From Vicugna vicugna (Eukaryota): 64,000 bases of DNA. The DNA is taken from positions 2,689,779 to 2,753,778 of the forward strand of contig MU058718.1 of NCBI GenBank assembly GCA_013265495.1. The letters run 5' to 3'. Both the position numbers and the translations under genes were made by a program. The notes under the pieces were generated by a model. It ran no database searches. It was not told the DNA's origin and worked only from the letters and a program-made list of their open reading frames with translations. Shown piece by piece: positions 41,225 to 55,314 of this stretch; position 1 is the stretch's first letter, and the number at the start of each line of letters is the position of its first letter.

Positions 41225-41940
41225 GTTTTCCTGCCCTACACTTTCTTCTAAGAGTTTTATAGTTTTAGCTCTTATGTTTATGTCTTTGATCCATTTTTAG
41301 TTAATTTTTGTATATGGTATAAGGTAAGGGTCCAACCTGATTTATTTATTTTGCATATGGATACCTAATTTTCCCAGCACTATTTATTGAAAAGATTGTT
41401 CTTCTCTATTGAATTGGTCTTATTGAAAACCATTTGACTACATATATGAGGATTTATTTCTGGGGTCCCTGTTCTATTCCATTGGTCTATGCCTGTCTTT
41501 ATGCCAGTATCGTACTTTTTTGATTACTGTAGCTTTGTAGTAAGTTTTGAAATTATGAAGCATGTGATTCCTCCAACTTGTTCTTTTTCAAGGTTCTTTT
41601 GGCTATTCAGGGCCCTTGACATTCCATACAAATTTTAGGATGGATTTTCCTATTTCTTTAAAAATTATCACTGGGATTTTAATAAAGATTGCATTGAATC
41701 TGTAGATTACTTTGGGTAATACTGACATTTTAATAGTATTAAGTCTTCCAACCCGTGAACATGGAATGTCTTTCCATTTATTTATGTATTCTTTAATTTC
41801 TTTCAGTAATGTTTTATAGTTTTTATTCTACAAGTCTCTTATCTCTTTGGTTAATTACTAAGTGTTTTATTCTTTTTGCTATTAGAAATGGGATTGTGTT
41901 CTTAATTACCTTTCCAGATTATGTATCATTAGAAATGCTA
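41225..41940 (-). mobile_element. L1 ORF2 internal fragment
   Basis: Homologous to 11640-12350 of the larger L1 (gattactgtagctttgtagtaagttttgaaa). Confidence 0.85.
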
Positions 41941-42642
41941 CAACACTGATTCTTAATGGGGAGAAACCTTTTGCCTTCCACCCCTACCTGAGTTACCTGA
42001 GTTGGGAGTAACTGCATGCAATAAGAAGTGTCATTGAGGAGAGGGACTTGTAACTTGTGAACATAATGGGGTAAAGAAAAAGTGTTAACAGAATCCTAAG
42101 TGTTAGATGCTTAGGCACCTTCAACAGGCAAGCACGGACACACATCAGATATTCTTTGCTAATGTTTCTGTTTCATTTTACATGTAACCCAAATTGAGCA
42201 GAAATTATTTTTCTAAGAGAAAGAAATGGCTTCAAATGTACTGATCTCTGAAATGGTCAAAAGCAAAATTCTGCTGAAAAGATCATACGGATAGAACTTT
42301 AAAATACACACACAGACACATACACCTCTTAAAAATTAACAAACAAACAAAAAACCATTTTAGTTAATAAGAAACAGTGATTAATTTCCATACACCACTC
42401 CCCCTAACCCCAACAGCTCAGTCTTAGCACTGCCTTCTGATGCGCTGTTATAGGGGCCCAGACTGGCAACCAAGCTAAGGGTGGCTACACATCTGTGAAT
42501 TTGAATCAGGAACTATAATGCTGCAGATTAATTCTTTCAGAATCCTATGGCCAACATCTCTTTTTAAAATTCCTAAGTTTACCCTCTGGAAATTCCAAAT
42601 GCGATTCAATCTATTCTCCAAGCCCTACACTAGTATCACAAG

Positions 42643-42830
42643 GCAGTAGTTCTCAATCAGGGGAGGCACCACCCCATAGGAGGCGTGTGGAAATGGTCTG
42701 GGTAACGACAGTAACTAGGGGGCTACTGGCATTTAGTGAGCAGAGGCAGAAATTCTAACGCCCTGCAGAGTGACAGGCAACAATGAGTCATGCTGCTCAA
42801 AAGGCCCACAGCACCCTCCATGAGAAAGGA
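42643..42830. mobile_element. MER20-like hAT element
   Basis: gcagtagttctcaa...ggctactggcatttagtgagcagaggc. Confidence 0.5.
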
Positions 42831-45800
42831 CACTCAAAAAATAACCATAGAGCCATGAATGAAAAATCTGCTCCAAGAGAGTGCTCCACCTGGAAAGGTT
42901 CAGCTCACTGGGCTTTTATACTTATGTCTTATGATCCCTATTCCCTTCCCAGTGATGAATACGTGTAAAGTGCTCATAATTCTCAGTGCTATTATGGTTT
43001 TGGATATTTAGTCCATGTTCATTTGAAAAAAGAGCATAGTCTCTTTTTTGCAATGTGCTGATGGAATGAGATTATGCAGAGTTATATCTGCCAGTGAGCA
43101 AAACAAAAAAAAACCAACAAAAAACCCAAACAACACAAACCCCTAGAACAATTACAGAGCTTGTGTATGAGAGACTGGTGGAACTCTGCAAGAATGTTCT
43201 AATTATCCCACCTGAATTCCAAACCCAAGATTAATAACACAAGACATCTTATTCTTTTCAACTAATGAGAGTAGCCCCACCCACTCCCGAAAATGAGGGA
43301 TGGGACTGTTATGGAATAATAACCATCAGATGAGTTTTCTTTTTCTAAAAATAATCCAGTATTTTAATTTCCTTCAGGAGGAACTTTTCTGTTAAGAAAC
43401 CATACATTTTCTTGTCACTGAGGCTTGGGAATCAACACACAACCCCTTATTTCTGGTGCACGAAGATAAATAAATGTTTTGATCGTGGGCTCTTTGCCTT
43501 AGAGACTGTAGGTTAATTGTGGAGAATTCCATTCTGTTCATACTTCAGTGGTGTTTTTGAAAGCGTGGTTTCAGGCAGGCTTACCTATGACCTTTCGTTT
43601 TAATTACCACTGTGTGTTTCTCTGAACTGTGTTTTGATATTCACAGGAGTTGCTGGGGGGATTTGATTTATTTGTTTTGTACATTTGCAGGTTAGGATTA
43701 CACTGGCAATAACACAATTTCTGGGTCTAGAAAACAAATTAGAAGTTTATAGTCTCCCAGTCCCATGGTGATATCTTTATCATTCTCATTTGTCAGTTAG
43801 TCCTATCCCTGGTGATTGGTTAGTAGCTCTTTTAAATTAGAGGACTAATTTCAAACTATTCCAATTTCGGATATTTCAGAGTTTCTACAATTAGTCACCT
43901 GGATAAATGTCTTTGTTAACCATTTGTACCTACAACTCAAGATTTAGCTTTGTCATTCTGCCACACATTTTTTGATCCCTACTCTGATTTATTCTGCAGC
44001 AATTCAGCCCATCATCATCAAATGGATTCGATTCTATATACTGACTATGGTTAATATCCTTTCCTGTGAAGGGCTTTCAGAGTCTAAACACCAGTGAATT
44101 TATGAATAGTGGCTACACCGTGAGTCAAATAAGAATTGTCAAATAGCCTGCCAGGTTTCAGGGCAGTTTTTTGTCAGACATCTCCCTCTAATATCAGTTG
44201 GCCACTTTGACTTTAAAATACCAAAATAGCACATTTCAGTCTCTCCAACTCAGCAAACACAAATTTCCTTTTGGTTCTCCAGCCACTAGGGACATTTAAA
44301 ATGAATAAGGGACTTATTTACGAAGCTCGGTGCTTCTCCCTCAAAACTTTCAAGGCCCTGGGTATCAGGGTGGAATGTATCTTACTCACTCACTTTTCCC
44401 CAATCATGTGTTTCAATGATTGGAGATGTCACAAAGATGTCTTTGGGGATGTCACAGAGTCACAGTTTCCTCACTTGCCTTCACTCATTTTTGAGAAGCA
44501 GCATGGAGGGTAGAGATGGAGAATGAAAAAGGAGAGGAGTACAGAGCAAAGGGGACTGGGACAGGGAGGGTGTGGCATAGGGTGTGTCCACATAGGCTTC
44601 AGCGCACGGAAGGGCTTGGAGATAGAGGGTATGGAGCACTGGCCTCCATGAGGCACTGGTTAGTACAGGATGAGGGGAGGGGAGCAGGGAGGGAGGCACA
44701 GGAAGAGAGCCTCCCCTGGGGAGTCTCCGGGAGCTCACGGAGAGCTGGACACCATGATGCTGGCTGAGGTGAAGAATTTATAAACAAAACAGGGGCCTTC
44801 CGAGTGACTTTCCCTTCCTCCCCCCCCCCCATCTTTTAGTGCTTCACATTTCCGAGAATTCGATTTTACAGGCCAAAAGCTCTGTTCTTTCAGCAAAGGA
44901 CCAGGAACTTATACTAAAAATGTATATTAGCTTATAAACCAAGGGCCAGCCATGTGCCAGGAACTGAGCCAAGTGCTTTAAAGCCTTATCCTATTTCATC
45001 CTCACAACAATTCAAGGGAAGTAAGCACTGCATCCCTAGTTGGAGGAAACTTAGATTAAGTCAGAATGTGAGTAGAAGGGTGTCTCTAAAGCAAGCTCCC
45101 CAGGGAAAGATTTTTCTTTTAGCTGTTCTCAATTCACATTTAGAGGCCGCAGGCTGCCCCTAATCTGGGGTCTATGGTATACGATCGGCCATTTTCACGC
45201 ACATAATAGCGATTTTTATGGTCCGTGTAGCTACAGGGAGAGCTGATGCAGATGAGGGCTGATGTGGAAGCCGTACCAACCAAAGTGCTCCGGGCCAGCA
45301 GGGAAGAGAATGAACCAAGGGAGCCATCCACTCGGTACTATTTCCACAAGGTTTTGCTGGGATGGTGCCACTTACCAAATGGGAGAAAGACAAGATGATG
45401 TCTGACTTCCGCAAACCAGCATGAGAGCCGTCTAGGCTGTGTAGGGGCTAGCAAGACGCCATACAGCTTCCCTGTCTCACTTGGTGCCAGAAATCATTTG
45501 AAATGACAGCTCTCTGCTTTCCGGTAAACTGGAAACATCTTGTTTTTGAAACATCTCCATGAGATGCAGCCTTCCTCTTGGAAAGAGGATCATTGGTTAG
45601 CTGCTTTTAACGACCTTGACAAAAACACAGCCCTTGAAAAACGCTGACTCAAAGTCACAGATTTCATGGGTTTTGTAAAATGAAACAGGAATGAATGGGC
45701 CATGTTGTAACTTAAGAAATGAAACGTAAGCTTTTACTTCTTATCTGAGCCTTGGAAAAGGAAATGGCTTGTATCCGCAAATGGGTTAGCATTTTTAGAT

Positions 45801-48800
45801 GTTAGATGGGCTTTGTTCGCTCCAAGGAAACAAGATTAGTACTTTGCACAGTGTATACTGGGTTTTCTTTCCTTTTCTTTTTTTTAATATGGAAGCCCAG
45901 ACCACGAATCAGAAGGGCTCCAACAAAAGAGGAATAATGAGCTTGTTTCCATAGAAATGGCTCTGCGAGCCCACTGATGTCTAACACTTCACAACAGGCA
46001 AGGCCGATCTGACAGGCAGCGGCCTTCTGCCTCTTTGTAGGAAATTATCTGTTGGTTAATTAATTTCTTTTTCTTAAAAACCCACAGCTTTAATCCTAAA
46101 TCCTCAGTAGATCTCAAGCATTAGGCAGCCCTGGAGTCCGGGGAGACTTGCCTGCCTGAGCCTCCTTGTCACTGCTTAAATGGCCTCTTAGGCCTACAAA
46201 AATGGTGACACCAGATGTCCTTTGGCTGAACTCCCCAGCGCAGCTCCCCCAGTAAGAACTGGACCTCCTGCACTCAGGTTTGTTTGTAATCACTGTGTTG
46301 TCTGGAGATATTCCCAGCGATGCAACTGAGAGATGGTACAAAAGTGGGAAAACAGGTATTAGGAGAAGATGATTTGGTCTTTCTGAGCCTCAGTGGTTCA
46401 GCGGTCACATGGGGATAACAACTCCAAGACTGCACATGTGCGTCTAATATTTGTGACCACGTTTTGTAAATTTTGCAGTGCTGTAACAGGAGCGGGCATG
46501 AATAGAGAGAATGACCACCACCATTTATTAAGTAATTACTAAGCACTGTGGCATAAAAGCATTATACACATAATCGCCAATCCTCGCAAGAAGGAACATG
46601 GAAAAGGAAACAGAGAGTAAGAAAGGTAAAGGGAAAAAATCTGCGACTATTAAGTAAGACCTTAACAAATAATCTATAGAGCATGGGAAATCTTTTTCTC
46701 AGGGGAAGGTGGGTAAATCTTTACATCCAATTTTGAAATTTCTAATTTGTGTTGACAACCTTAAAGAGATACGATTATTTGAAAATTAACTGTGATGTAA
46801 GACAAGTTAACAAGGATTCATTGAGTGTTTCAGTGTGTGATCCAGAAGCACAAGTACATGTTATACTCAGCAAGTTCCTAAGGAAACCAGCCACTGGGTG
46901 GATGTGAATGCATCCCGGGCCACCTCAATCATTCTAGGAAGGCACTTTCTTTCGTCGGCTCTAGAGGGAAAGGCACATATCCACATACGGTGTTTACAAA
47001 GGTGTTCTGTGGCCACAGAATAACCTTGCAAGCCTAGTACCAGAAGCCGATTGGCTTCTGCCTCTTCCTTAGGCTGATTTAATTTCCCATCTGTAAAGAC
47101 CAGCAGAGGGTCCGTGCACCCATAGCAACCGTTTCCATCAAAATCTCCACTGCCTGCTGCTGCTCCACATCACCAGCCCTAATCTTCAGCCAAATCAGCC
47201 TGTTCTCTGTCCTCCCAGCACAGCTCCTGCCCGCGGCGGCCATGGCTCTGCCATCTCTCATGTCCCCTCACACGCACCTGTATTGTAGCCCCACACAAGC
47301 CTCTTTTCCTCTGAGAAATCTTCCTCGGTGACTACAGCACCCTCCTCGTCTCCTCAAGGCTACACCAGCCCAGGAGCTGTGCTAGCATAATCCAAGCCAT
47401 TTCTCTTTTAAAAATACAGCAGGCTGACTGATGTTATTAATTATCATTATTTTGTCCAGGCATTGTTCTCATAAATGTTTATTAAACCTGCCATTCTCTC
47501 TCCAAAATTGCTCTAAATCTGTCTGTCTTTACTAGTTAAACAGGCGCATCCTGTTTAACCCAAAGGCCCTTGGACTTTCTGTCTCCCTTCTTTGGGGACT
47601 TTGCTGCATCGCCCCTGACGGCTGTCACTTTCTCCTTCTGGCTTACATTCCAATGCCAAGTCTCCAGACTGCACTCTCTAAAGCACCCCTGTCCAGCTCC
47701 TGTCATTCGCCTGCCCGTCACCCTGTTTATTTTCTTCAATGTATTATAATAATCTGAAATCACTGAATCAATTTATTGACCATCAGCCACAAAGACCTTG
47801 TCAATAGTGTTCATAGTAGGTGCTCAATAAATAACTCTTAAATGAATGGAAGACCTCCACTGCAGCCCCAGCACCCAGCTTTACTCACCCTAGATCCTCA
47901 GTAAATGTTTGCTACTCCTGACGAGGAGGACTCGGCACACAGCATCACTCACGTCCCTCGCCACAGCCCCACCAAACAGGCGCTCCTAGATACAGATTGC
48001 TTACACTGGCTTTCGTTTGGGAGCAAATAGGCTTACAGAGCATGTTTCCCAAAAGAGCACCTCCCAGACTCTTAACTATCTCTCATCTGATCTTCAAGTA
48101 TCCCCACATTCTTGGTGGGGACAGATGAGAAGCTTGAGACTGGTCAACATGCTTCTCTCTCCTCACTTTTGGGTTGTTTTGGACAGCATCTACACCATCA
48201 ATAACTTTTCCCAGTTGCAAAGTTACACAAATACTCAGTCTGAAAGCATACACATCAATCTGATACAGAGAGCTCCTCTGTAACACTGGCCTCTGGTCAC
48301 CCCCTCGATAAATCTGTGACCATTCAACACAGACAGAAACCCACAGCCTTGAGAATGTAGCCCCGAAGGACTTGTCTCCTTTTCATTAGTTGAGTTTCAA
48401 GGACGGCAGGGAGCAATTCACTTTTCAAAATATATATTTTTCTTACAAAAGAAAAACACAGCCATTATTGGAAAGCTGAGAAACACAGAGATTCAGAAAA
48501 CAAAAATCTCCTATAATCCTACCACCGAAAGTTAACCTTTACTGTAATTTTCAAGTGCCTCTCCCCCACTTGGAGTGCTTATTTCTGGTGTGTGATATCA
48601 TGCTGGGAAGATAATATTAACTAATATACATAATCATTTGCTGGGCCCTGCGTAAATGCTGACCTTCTGAGATGTTTTCTCATTATTCACACTGTAAGAC
48701 TTACCCCTTTTTCCCTGGCCCCCTACTTCCTTAAAAGAATGAAGTTATTTTAATGTTTCCCCATTACTCAAGTGTCAAACTTTCCATCATATCTTTTAAG

Positions 48801-51800
48801 GCTATTACACATCTTTGATATGTAGTACAGAGTCATTTTTTAATCTCTTAATCAATATTGTTTTTAAAACTACTGCTCAAGGGGCATAAAATAAATGGCC
48901 ATGCCAATATCCCTTTGATTATATGGAGTGAATAAAAGAAAAATGTAAGAAATTAAAGGGAAAGGGACAAGTAACCTTTGCTTTTACTTTGTCCCTAACT
49001 AAGGACAACTATTGCCCCTGCTGCTTCAGAAATACCCTGGACTGGAGGTGAGAAGAATGAAGAAAGAGATTCTTCTCCACAGGATGGCTATTTATTTGCC
49101 ATTTCTAAAGGGTAAAAAGAACTGTCTGAAATGTTGACTTGGGGACCTGTCATCTTACAGATACTATATTTTTTTTGAGTCAGATTTAGCAAGGTATAAT
49201 GCATACACATTGAAGTTCACCCTTTTTCTCATGTACCGATGAAAGGGTTTGACAAACATGTATACATAGTCTTGAAACCACTTCAACTGTAGATATTATT
49301 TTAGGAGCTATTTAACCACCTGGGCCGCTCACTGTCTCCCCTGTCTAGCCTGCCCTCAGAACAAACACTTCTGAGACCAGTTCCCAGGTGCCAAGAGCAG
49401 TTTGTTCCAAGAAAGGAAAGGCTGTGAACCTGACTGACCTTACTTAATATACCATGCAGTTATTAAATCTCAGAATTTAGCAGGACCCACAAATTATCTT
49501 GCAGAACCATCTTCCCAAAACAGAGCTCGCTTTAATAAGCACTGATTTAATACACTTTAACCATTTGTGACACAGTGTTCGAAAACACCGAGAAGCACAC
49601 GGAGCCCAGAGTGGCACTGTGTTTTACTGAACAAGTTTGGTCCAGCTTTGGCAGCCCCCGGGGCCCATGAAAGGAGGGCTTTTCTAGAAATAAGCCAGTT
49701 AGAAAATGGCTCCTTTGCAAATTTACGCCACTCACCCTTAAAGAGAGGCTAAATATGAGACATTTGAAACCCTCAGAGCCAAGACCCTAACTTAACAGAT
49801 TAAAACAAAAACAAAAACAAAAACAAAAACTCAAGGGCTAGAGTGATTAAATAAATTACCTTAGAAAATGTAGCTATAACCTGGTGTCAGAACCTGGGTT
49901 TAAGACACCTGGCTAGATGCACTTTTCACTGTTTCTTGAATACTTCTAACTTTTTTGGTACTCCCTAAATTGAGAGCATTATTAAAGTTCAGATTTCTCA
50001 CTAAGTTCCCCCCTGCACCCTACACGTGTGGTCCCTACTAGAGAAGCCCTATTAGGAGAATGTGGTGGCGGGGGGGAGTCAATGAAATAAAAATAATACC
50101 CTGCTCTCTCTGCTCACCCCTCACCACCCTATGGTGATCACCGCCCAACAGTGAGACATTCTAACTTATTTTTTGTACCATTTTTGCAAAGAATGTAAAT
50201 AGCCAGCAAATTTGACTACAAAGATTCCTTGATGAGTGAGTTAAGAGTATTTGCTAAGCAGATCTCAATATTTTAATAAGATAGATTTAATGTTATGTAG
50301 CAGGAGAAATAGATAATTGTGTGGATTTCCAAAGAATTTTTTAAGAGGATATCTCTTTTTAATAAATTTGGCATCTTTTGATGGATTATGTGAAGGGAAA
50401 GACAGGGGCATGGAAGTAGCAGAGCCATGAGGATGCTTAATGAGCTGACAGTCATGACACTCCAATGTTCATGAAGAAAATGTGAGAATCAGCGTAGGGT
50501 ATTAGAGAGTGCTCAATTCTGAGGCTGGAGGTCTGGATTCGAGTTTCAACTTTGCTGAGTAATCACAGATGAATCATTTCAACCCTCTGGGCCTCAGTTT
50601 TCCTCTTCTGTAAAATGAAAGGATTGAGGTGGATGACTGCTTGATTCCTTTCTAGTTCTTTCTGCTTGCTGTTCAAGAGATGATAAGGTAGCTGCATTTC
50701 TGTCACTCTGTCATAGAACCCCACAGCTCTGGGACTCTCTCAACACAGTGAAGTTTCAACTCAAATTCCAAAACTAAATATCCAAGGAAAGCAGGTAAAT
50801 ATGAAGAAAAGCCCTATGAACAAGAGGATGCTGACCAGTTGAAAGCAGGATTTCAAGCTTCCCTTTCTCTCAAGTTCATTTCCTGTCTTTCCAGATTACT
50901 CCCACTGTACCCTGATTCCAAGATTTCAGGACACTAGTCCATTGAGCCTGCCACCTTTTCACCACCCCTCAAAACCCTCCTGTTCTCATGTGCCATCTTA
51001 CCTGGCTCATATCCCATGGTCTCTCACGTGGTCACTCCCTTTAAACTCACAGCAACTCTGCCTCTTTCTCCCTCAATCACACCAGCTGATAAAATTCCCA
51101 ACCCTGGGTGAATCCAGCTCTCAATCTGTCCTTGAGCAGCTAGGAGTGTTGAGTAAACGCACAACCACAAATTCACAGATACTCACTTCAAGTGGGTCCA
51201 TAGTGCTGGCCAACTTTTCTTCCACGTTTCCTCAGTCAACTTCCAAAACTTCCAGGCTTTTTTCATACCCATCCTTTCTCCCCAGACCTCTACTATCTCT
51301 CCTCTCTCCCCATCCTCATTCTCAGCTGGTGACTTTGCTTCTTATTTCACTGAAAACACAGCAGCACCCAGGAGAAAATACCATATTCTCCCATGACTAA
51401 TCGCACCAGTTTACCTGCAATGTACACTTCTATGCTCGTAAACTCTGCCTTCCCTTCTCTCATGAGGATGATCTGCTTGAGCCTTTTTTTTTCCTGTCTT
51501 GGTGAGGAGCCCCTTCATGTCACTATGGGCTCCCATCTTTTCTTGTCTACTCAAGGACTTGACCTCTGCCTTTTTTTTTTTTTCATTTTCTCCTGCATCA
51601 TCAATTTCCCCCTCCTTTTTATTGTAGCAATCCCATGCTAAAACATCTAAGAAAAACAACAGCACAACCAGTCTCTTGACTCTGCATGCCCTCCCCAGCA
51701 AGAAAACATTTTTTCTTTCCCTTACATACGACTTAGGGAACTTGTCTAGCCTCTCTGTATCCACTTTTCTTCCAGTTCTTTCTTGAACTGGAAAGTTCAA

Positions 51801-51931
51801 GAAAGTTCACTGCAAATAGCCTTTCCTCCATTACTCTATAGAAACTACATTTGTCTAGGTCACCAGCAGGTCTAGCTCCCAGTTGGCCAAACCCAATGGT
51901 CACTTTCTCAGTCCTCATCTGACTTGACCTT

Positions 51932-52411
51932 GGTCTTAGTTTGCTGTGGCTGCTATAAAAAATTACCACAAACTTGATGGCTTAAAACAGCAGCAATTTA
52001 TTCTCTCACAGTTCAGGAAGCTAGAAGTTTAAGATCAGTTCCACTAAGTGGAAGTCAAGGAGCCAGCAGGGCCAAGCGCCCCCTGGACTTTCTAGGAGAG
52101 AATCTATTCCCTGCCTCTTCCAGCTTCCAGTGGCTGCTGGCATCCCTTGACTTGTGGCCACACCACTCCAGTGTCTGCTTCTGTGGTCGCACTGCCTCCT
52201 TCTCTTCTGCATGGAATTTCCCTCTGCCTTTCTCTTATAAGGATACATACTATTGGATTTAGGGCCCACCAGAGTAATCTAGAATAATGACTTCATGTCA
52301 AGAACCTTAACTTAATCACATCTGCAAAGATTTTCACCCTTATAAGGTCATATTTGCAGATTCCAGGGATTAGAACTTGATATCTTTGGGCGTCATTATT
52401 CAGCAACTATA
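51932..52411 (-). mobile_element. MLT1C/D-type solo LTR with 5-bp TSD inside an L2 (~50900-52500)
   Basis: TSD acctt at 51927-51931 and 52412-52416. Removing the LTR restores L2-like ctcatctgacttgacctt|ctagcagcatttaacacag. Confidence 0.8.
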
Positions 52412-52623
52412 ACCTTCTAGCAGCATTTAACACAGTGCATCGCTTCCTTCTCCTTAAATACTTTCTTCACTTGACTTCAGGGATGCGGCCCTTTCTTTCT
52501 TGGTTGATTTAATCATTCAAAATTGTGCTAAAAGGCACATAAAATTTACCACTTTAACCATCTTTACGTGTACTTTAAGTGTACAGTTTAGCCAGTGCCT
52601 GGCCATGGAAGGCTTTATATAAC

Positions 52624-52735
52624 TTTTTTAAAAATAATTAATTAATTAGTTAATTTAATGACAGTACTAGGAACTGAACCCAGGACTTCGTGCATGCTAA
52701 GCAGGTGCCCTACTACTGAGCTATACCCTCCCTGC
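52624..52735 (-). mobile_element. Vic-1-like tRNA-derived SINE
   Basis: Reverse complement gggagggtatagctcagtagtag...gcttagcatgcacgaagtcctgggttcagttcc has pol III A and B boxes and an AT-rich tail. Confidence 0.75.
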
Positions 52736-55314
52736 TAAATAACTATTTAAAGAGTGAATGAATGAATGAGGCATCTATAATGCCTTTGTCCAAAGAGTCA
52801 TTTCCCAGAAGGGAGTTTGTTTCTATTGATCATTTGTAGACAGGCCTGGAGAGCTTTGGTATTTTGGAAGTTAAAAAAAAACTTATAGGAATTAGCTTTA
52901 AAGCAGGTTTCCTGTTGGACACTCTAAACACTGCCCTTACCTGAAGGTTAGGGGATTTGATGCTAAATTCTAAGTGATACTCCCGAGGCTTATTTGTTCC
53001 ATTTAATTTTAGGCATCTGTATAGAATGGTAAGTATATTAATGGAAAGTTACCTTCAAGAACTCATACTGCATTTTCCACTGTTTTGGGGAACCACCTTT
53101 GAGGCAAACCAAAAACAGATTTGCAGATGAAGAAATAATAGATAGATCAGGTGACCTGACCAAGGTCACAGATGGTTGACTGCAAGCCAATTCTTATGTC
53201 TCCTGAGAACTAGTACTTTCACTAGAAAACCAGAAAAGAGAATCCCCTTTCTTACTAGGTCTTTCCTGTGAAAATGACTAATTTCTTGGCATAAAGCAGG
53301 GCCAAGGATGGAGCTCACACCCAGAACATTTTGCTTATGGTGGTGATGGGTGAGTTAGTCTCATGGCTACTGTGTCCCCCATCACCAAGGAACACGGCAG
53401 GTCAGGGCTGAGCAAGCACTTTGTGGTCCCAGAAGAAAGCAAAGCTGACTCTGCTGAAGAGGAATGAGAGTGTTCAGAACATATTTGTACAGTGTGCTAA
53501 CCAAACACACTAAAGGAAGTACGCGCAGAAAAGTTCGAAGAGCGATTCATGCCTGGTTAGAATGTTATTCACTTGGCTGAGGGTTATTTACACTGTCAGG
53601 CATGCTGAGGCTAAGATAAATGGGACAGACAGCAGTGGTGATTACCAGTCTGTATAGAAACATATTCTAGAATTTCCAGAGATAAATGCTTTCATTACTG
53701 GTAAGTTTAAAATTAGGATGATACATTTACCTCTGGCTGGCAAGAACAGATCATATCATCCTAGCAGTTTTCCAGAGGCGTTAGAAATCTCCTACAAAAA
53801 CTTTCATTTATCCATCAATTGGCATCAGAGCAATCTACATCAATTACTACTGCCCGCCTCATCTCTTAAAACCAGCCTCATCTTCTCCATGTGTTTTCTA
53901 CCCTACTGAGCACAGAAGGATCCAGGGAGTCCCTGCAGCAAGATTTAGTCTTCTCTCATCCAAAGGAATATTTCCATGAAAATCAAACCAAGACTGAGCA
54001 GAAAAGAGAGGCAGGCATACTTTTAGTTTCACTACGTGGATATTCGTTAACCTCACCCATACTCTGTTACTTTGGCTCTAGCACACTTACATTTATGACT
54101 AATACCTGGTTATTCTTTTGCTTGGAAAAGTAAATTCTGCTGGCATTGCTAGAGAATTCTGTGGTTTATGGATACTCATTTTCAGAAACCCCATGTGTCT
54201 TTAAAGGCTGCATAGTGAGTGGCTCTGAATTCTGAGCACCCTCCCATCTTTTCACTTCTTCAGCAAATCTTAGGTGGGCCATACAGATCTGTGCTGTATC
54301 CACCACTGGGGAGTGGACAGGAATGGGAAGAACAGAAGCGGTCAATTACAGCAGCTATTTAAAATAGCTGGAAAAGAAACAACAAATTGCTCTGGATCTA
54401 AGCCAGCTTACTCACTGGGCCTGTCATTCAGGTGACTCCCGATTAGGCAAATGAGCCCAATTCATTTTACAGAGATCTAATTAACGCTCTGACATTACAG
54501 AGTCATTTGAAATTCCTGGGATTTGGTCCGAAAAACCCGAACGTCAGTAATCCCACTGGCTTGTGAAATGCCTCTATTCTAAGAGTTTCACATATACACA
54601 AATGCCAGAATGGAATCTTACCTAAAAGTCTTTAAGAATTATTAAAGTTATGGTTTGGTAAGAAGAGAGTACATGATTTATATGAGACTATGGTTCATTC
54701 AGTTCATACCACTTTTCTGTGATGGCACAAAAACTGGCAAAAGGAAAACACCCAACAGGGACTTCAGAGGAAATGGTATTTCCATGAAGTGCTCTGGTGT
54801 CATGACAGAACTTTATGAATCTCATTACTCAAAGGGGATTGGTTGTCATTTGCTAAGAATGTCAAAAGACTTGGCTTCAAAAATTTTCTGTCTTCCTGGA
54901 CCTAACAGATCACTCTTCCTTAGCATCTGGGTGGTCTTATTTAATGTAACTGGGCAACTAAACAGAAGTCTTGCCAACCTTCTGGCCCTACTTTCCTTTC
55001 AAATCTCAGTGTAATCAAGAGATTTTGGGTTTGCCTACTTAACATGTCACGCAGTGTTTGGGAGCCAGGGATAGAACAGAGAACCAGACACAACCCCAGT
55101 TTTCAAGGATCCCGCACTCTAATACAGACAGATCCATAAACAGGCAATTTCAACATGCTGCTAAGACAGGAGGAAGCCCAGGGTATAATGGAAGCATCTA
55201 GGAAGGGCACCTAATCCATTTCTTTTCCAGAGAGAGAGAGAGAGAAACAAAAATTAGAGTTTATAGTACTAATGCGAAATATAGTCATCTGTTAAGAATT
55301 TCTCTTTAAGTCTT

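Noticed and set aside
50942..51800. Longest ORFs in the track (152 aa and 129 aa)
   Set aside because: They lie in pyrimidine-rich decayed L2-like sequence, use non-ATG starts and have biased composition.
52670..52735. tRNA-like A/B boxes (also at 55720-55787)
   Set aside because: These are SINE heads with AT-rich tails and no complete cloverleaf, so they are not tRNA genes.
54352..54370. Palindrome cagctattt-a-aaatagctg (and cagaagcc-gatt-ggcttctg at 47041-47060)
   Set aside because: Stems of 8-9 bp can arise by chance in 64 kb, the first is only a near match to MEF2, and there is no supporting context.
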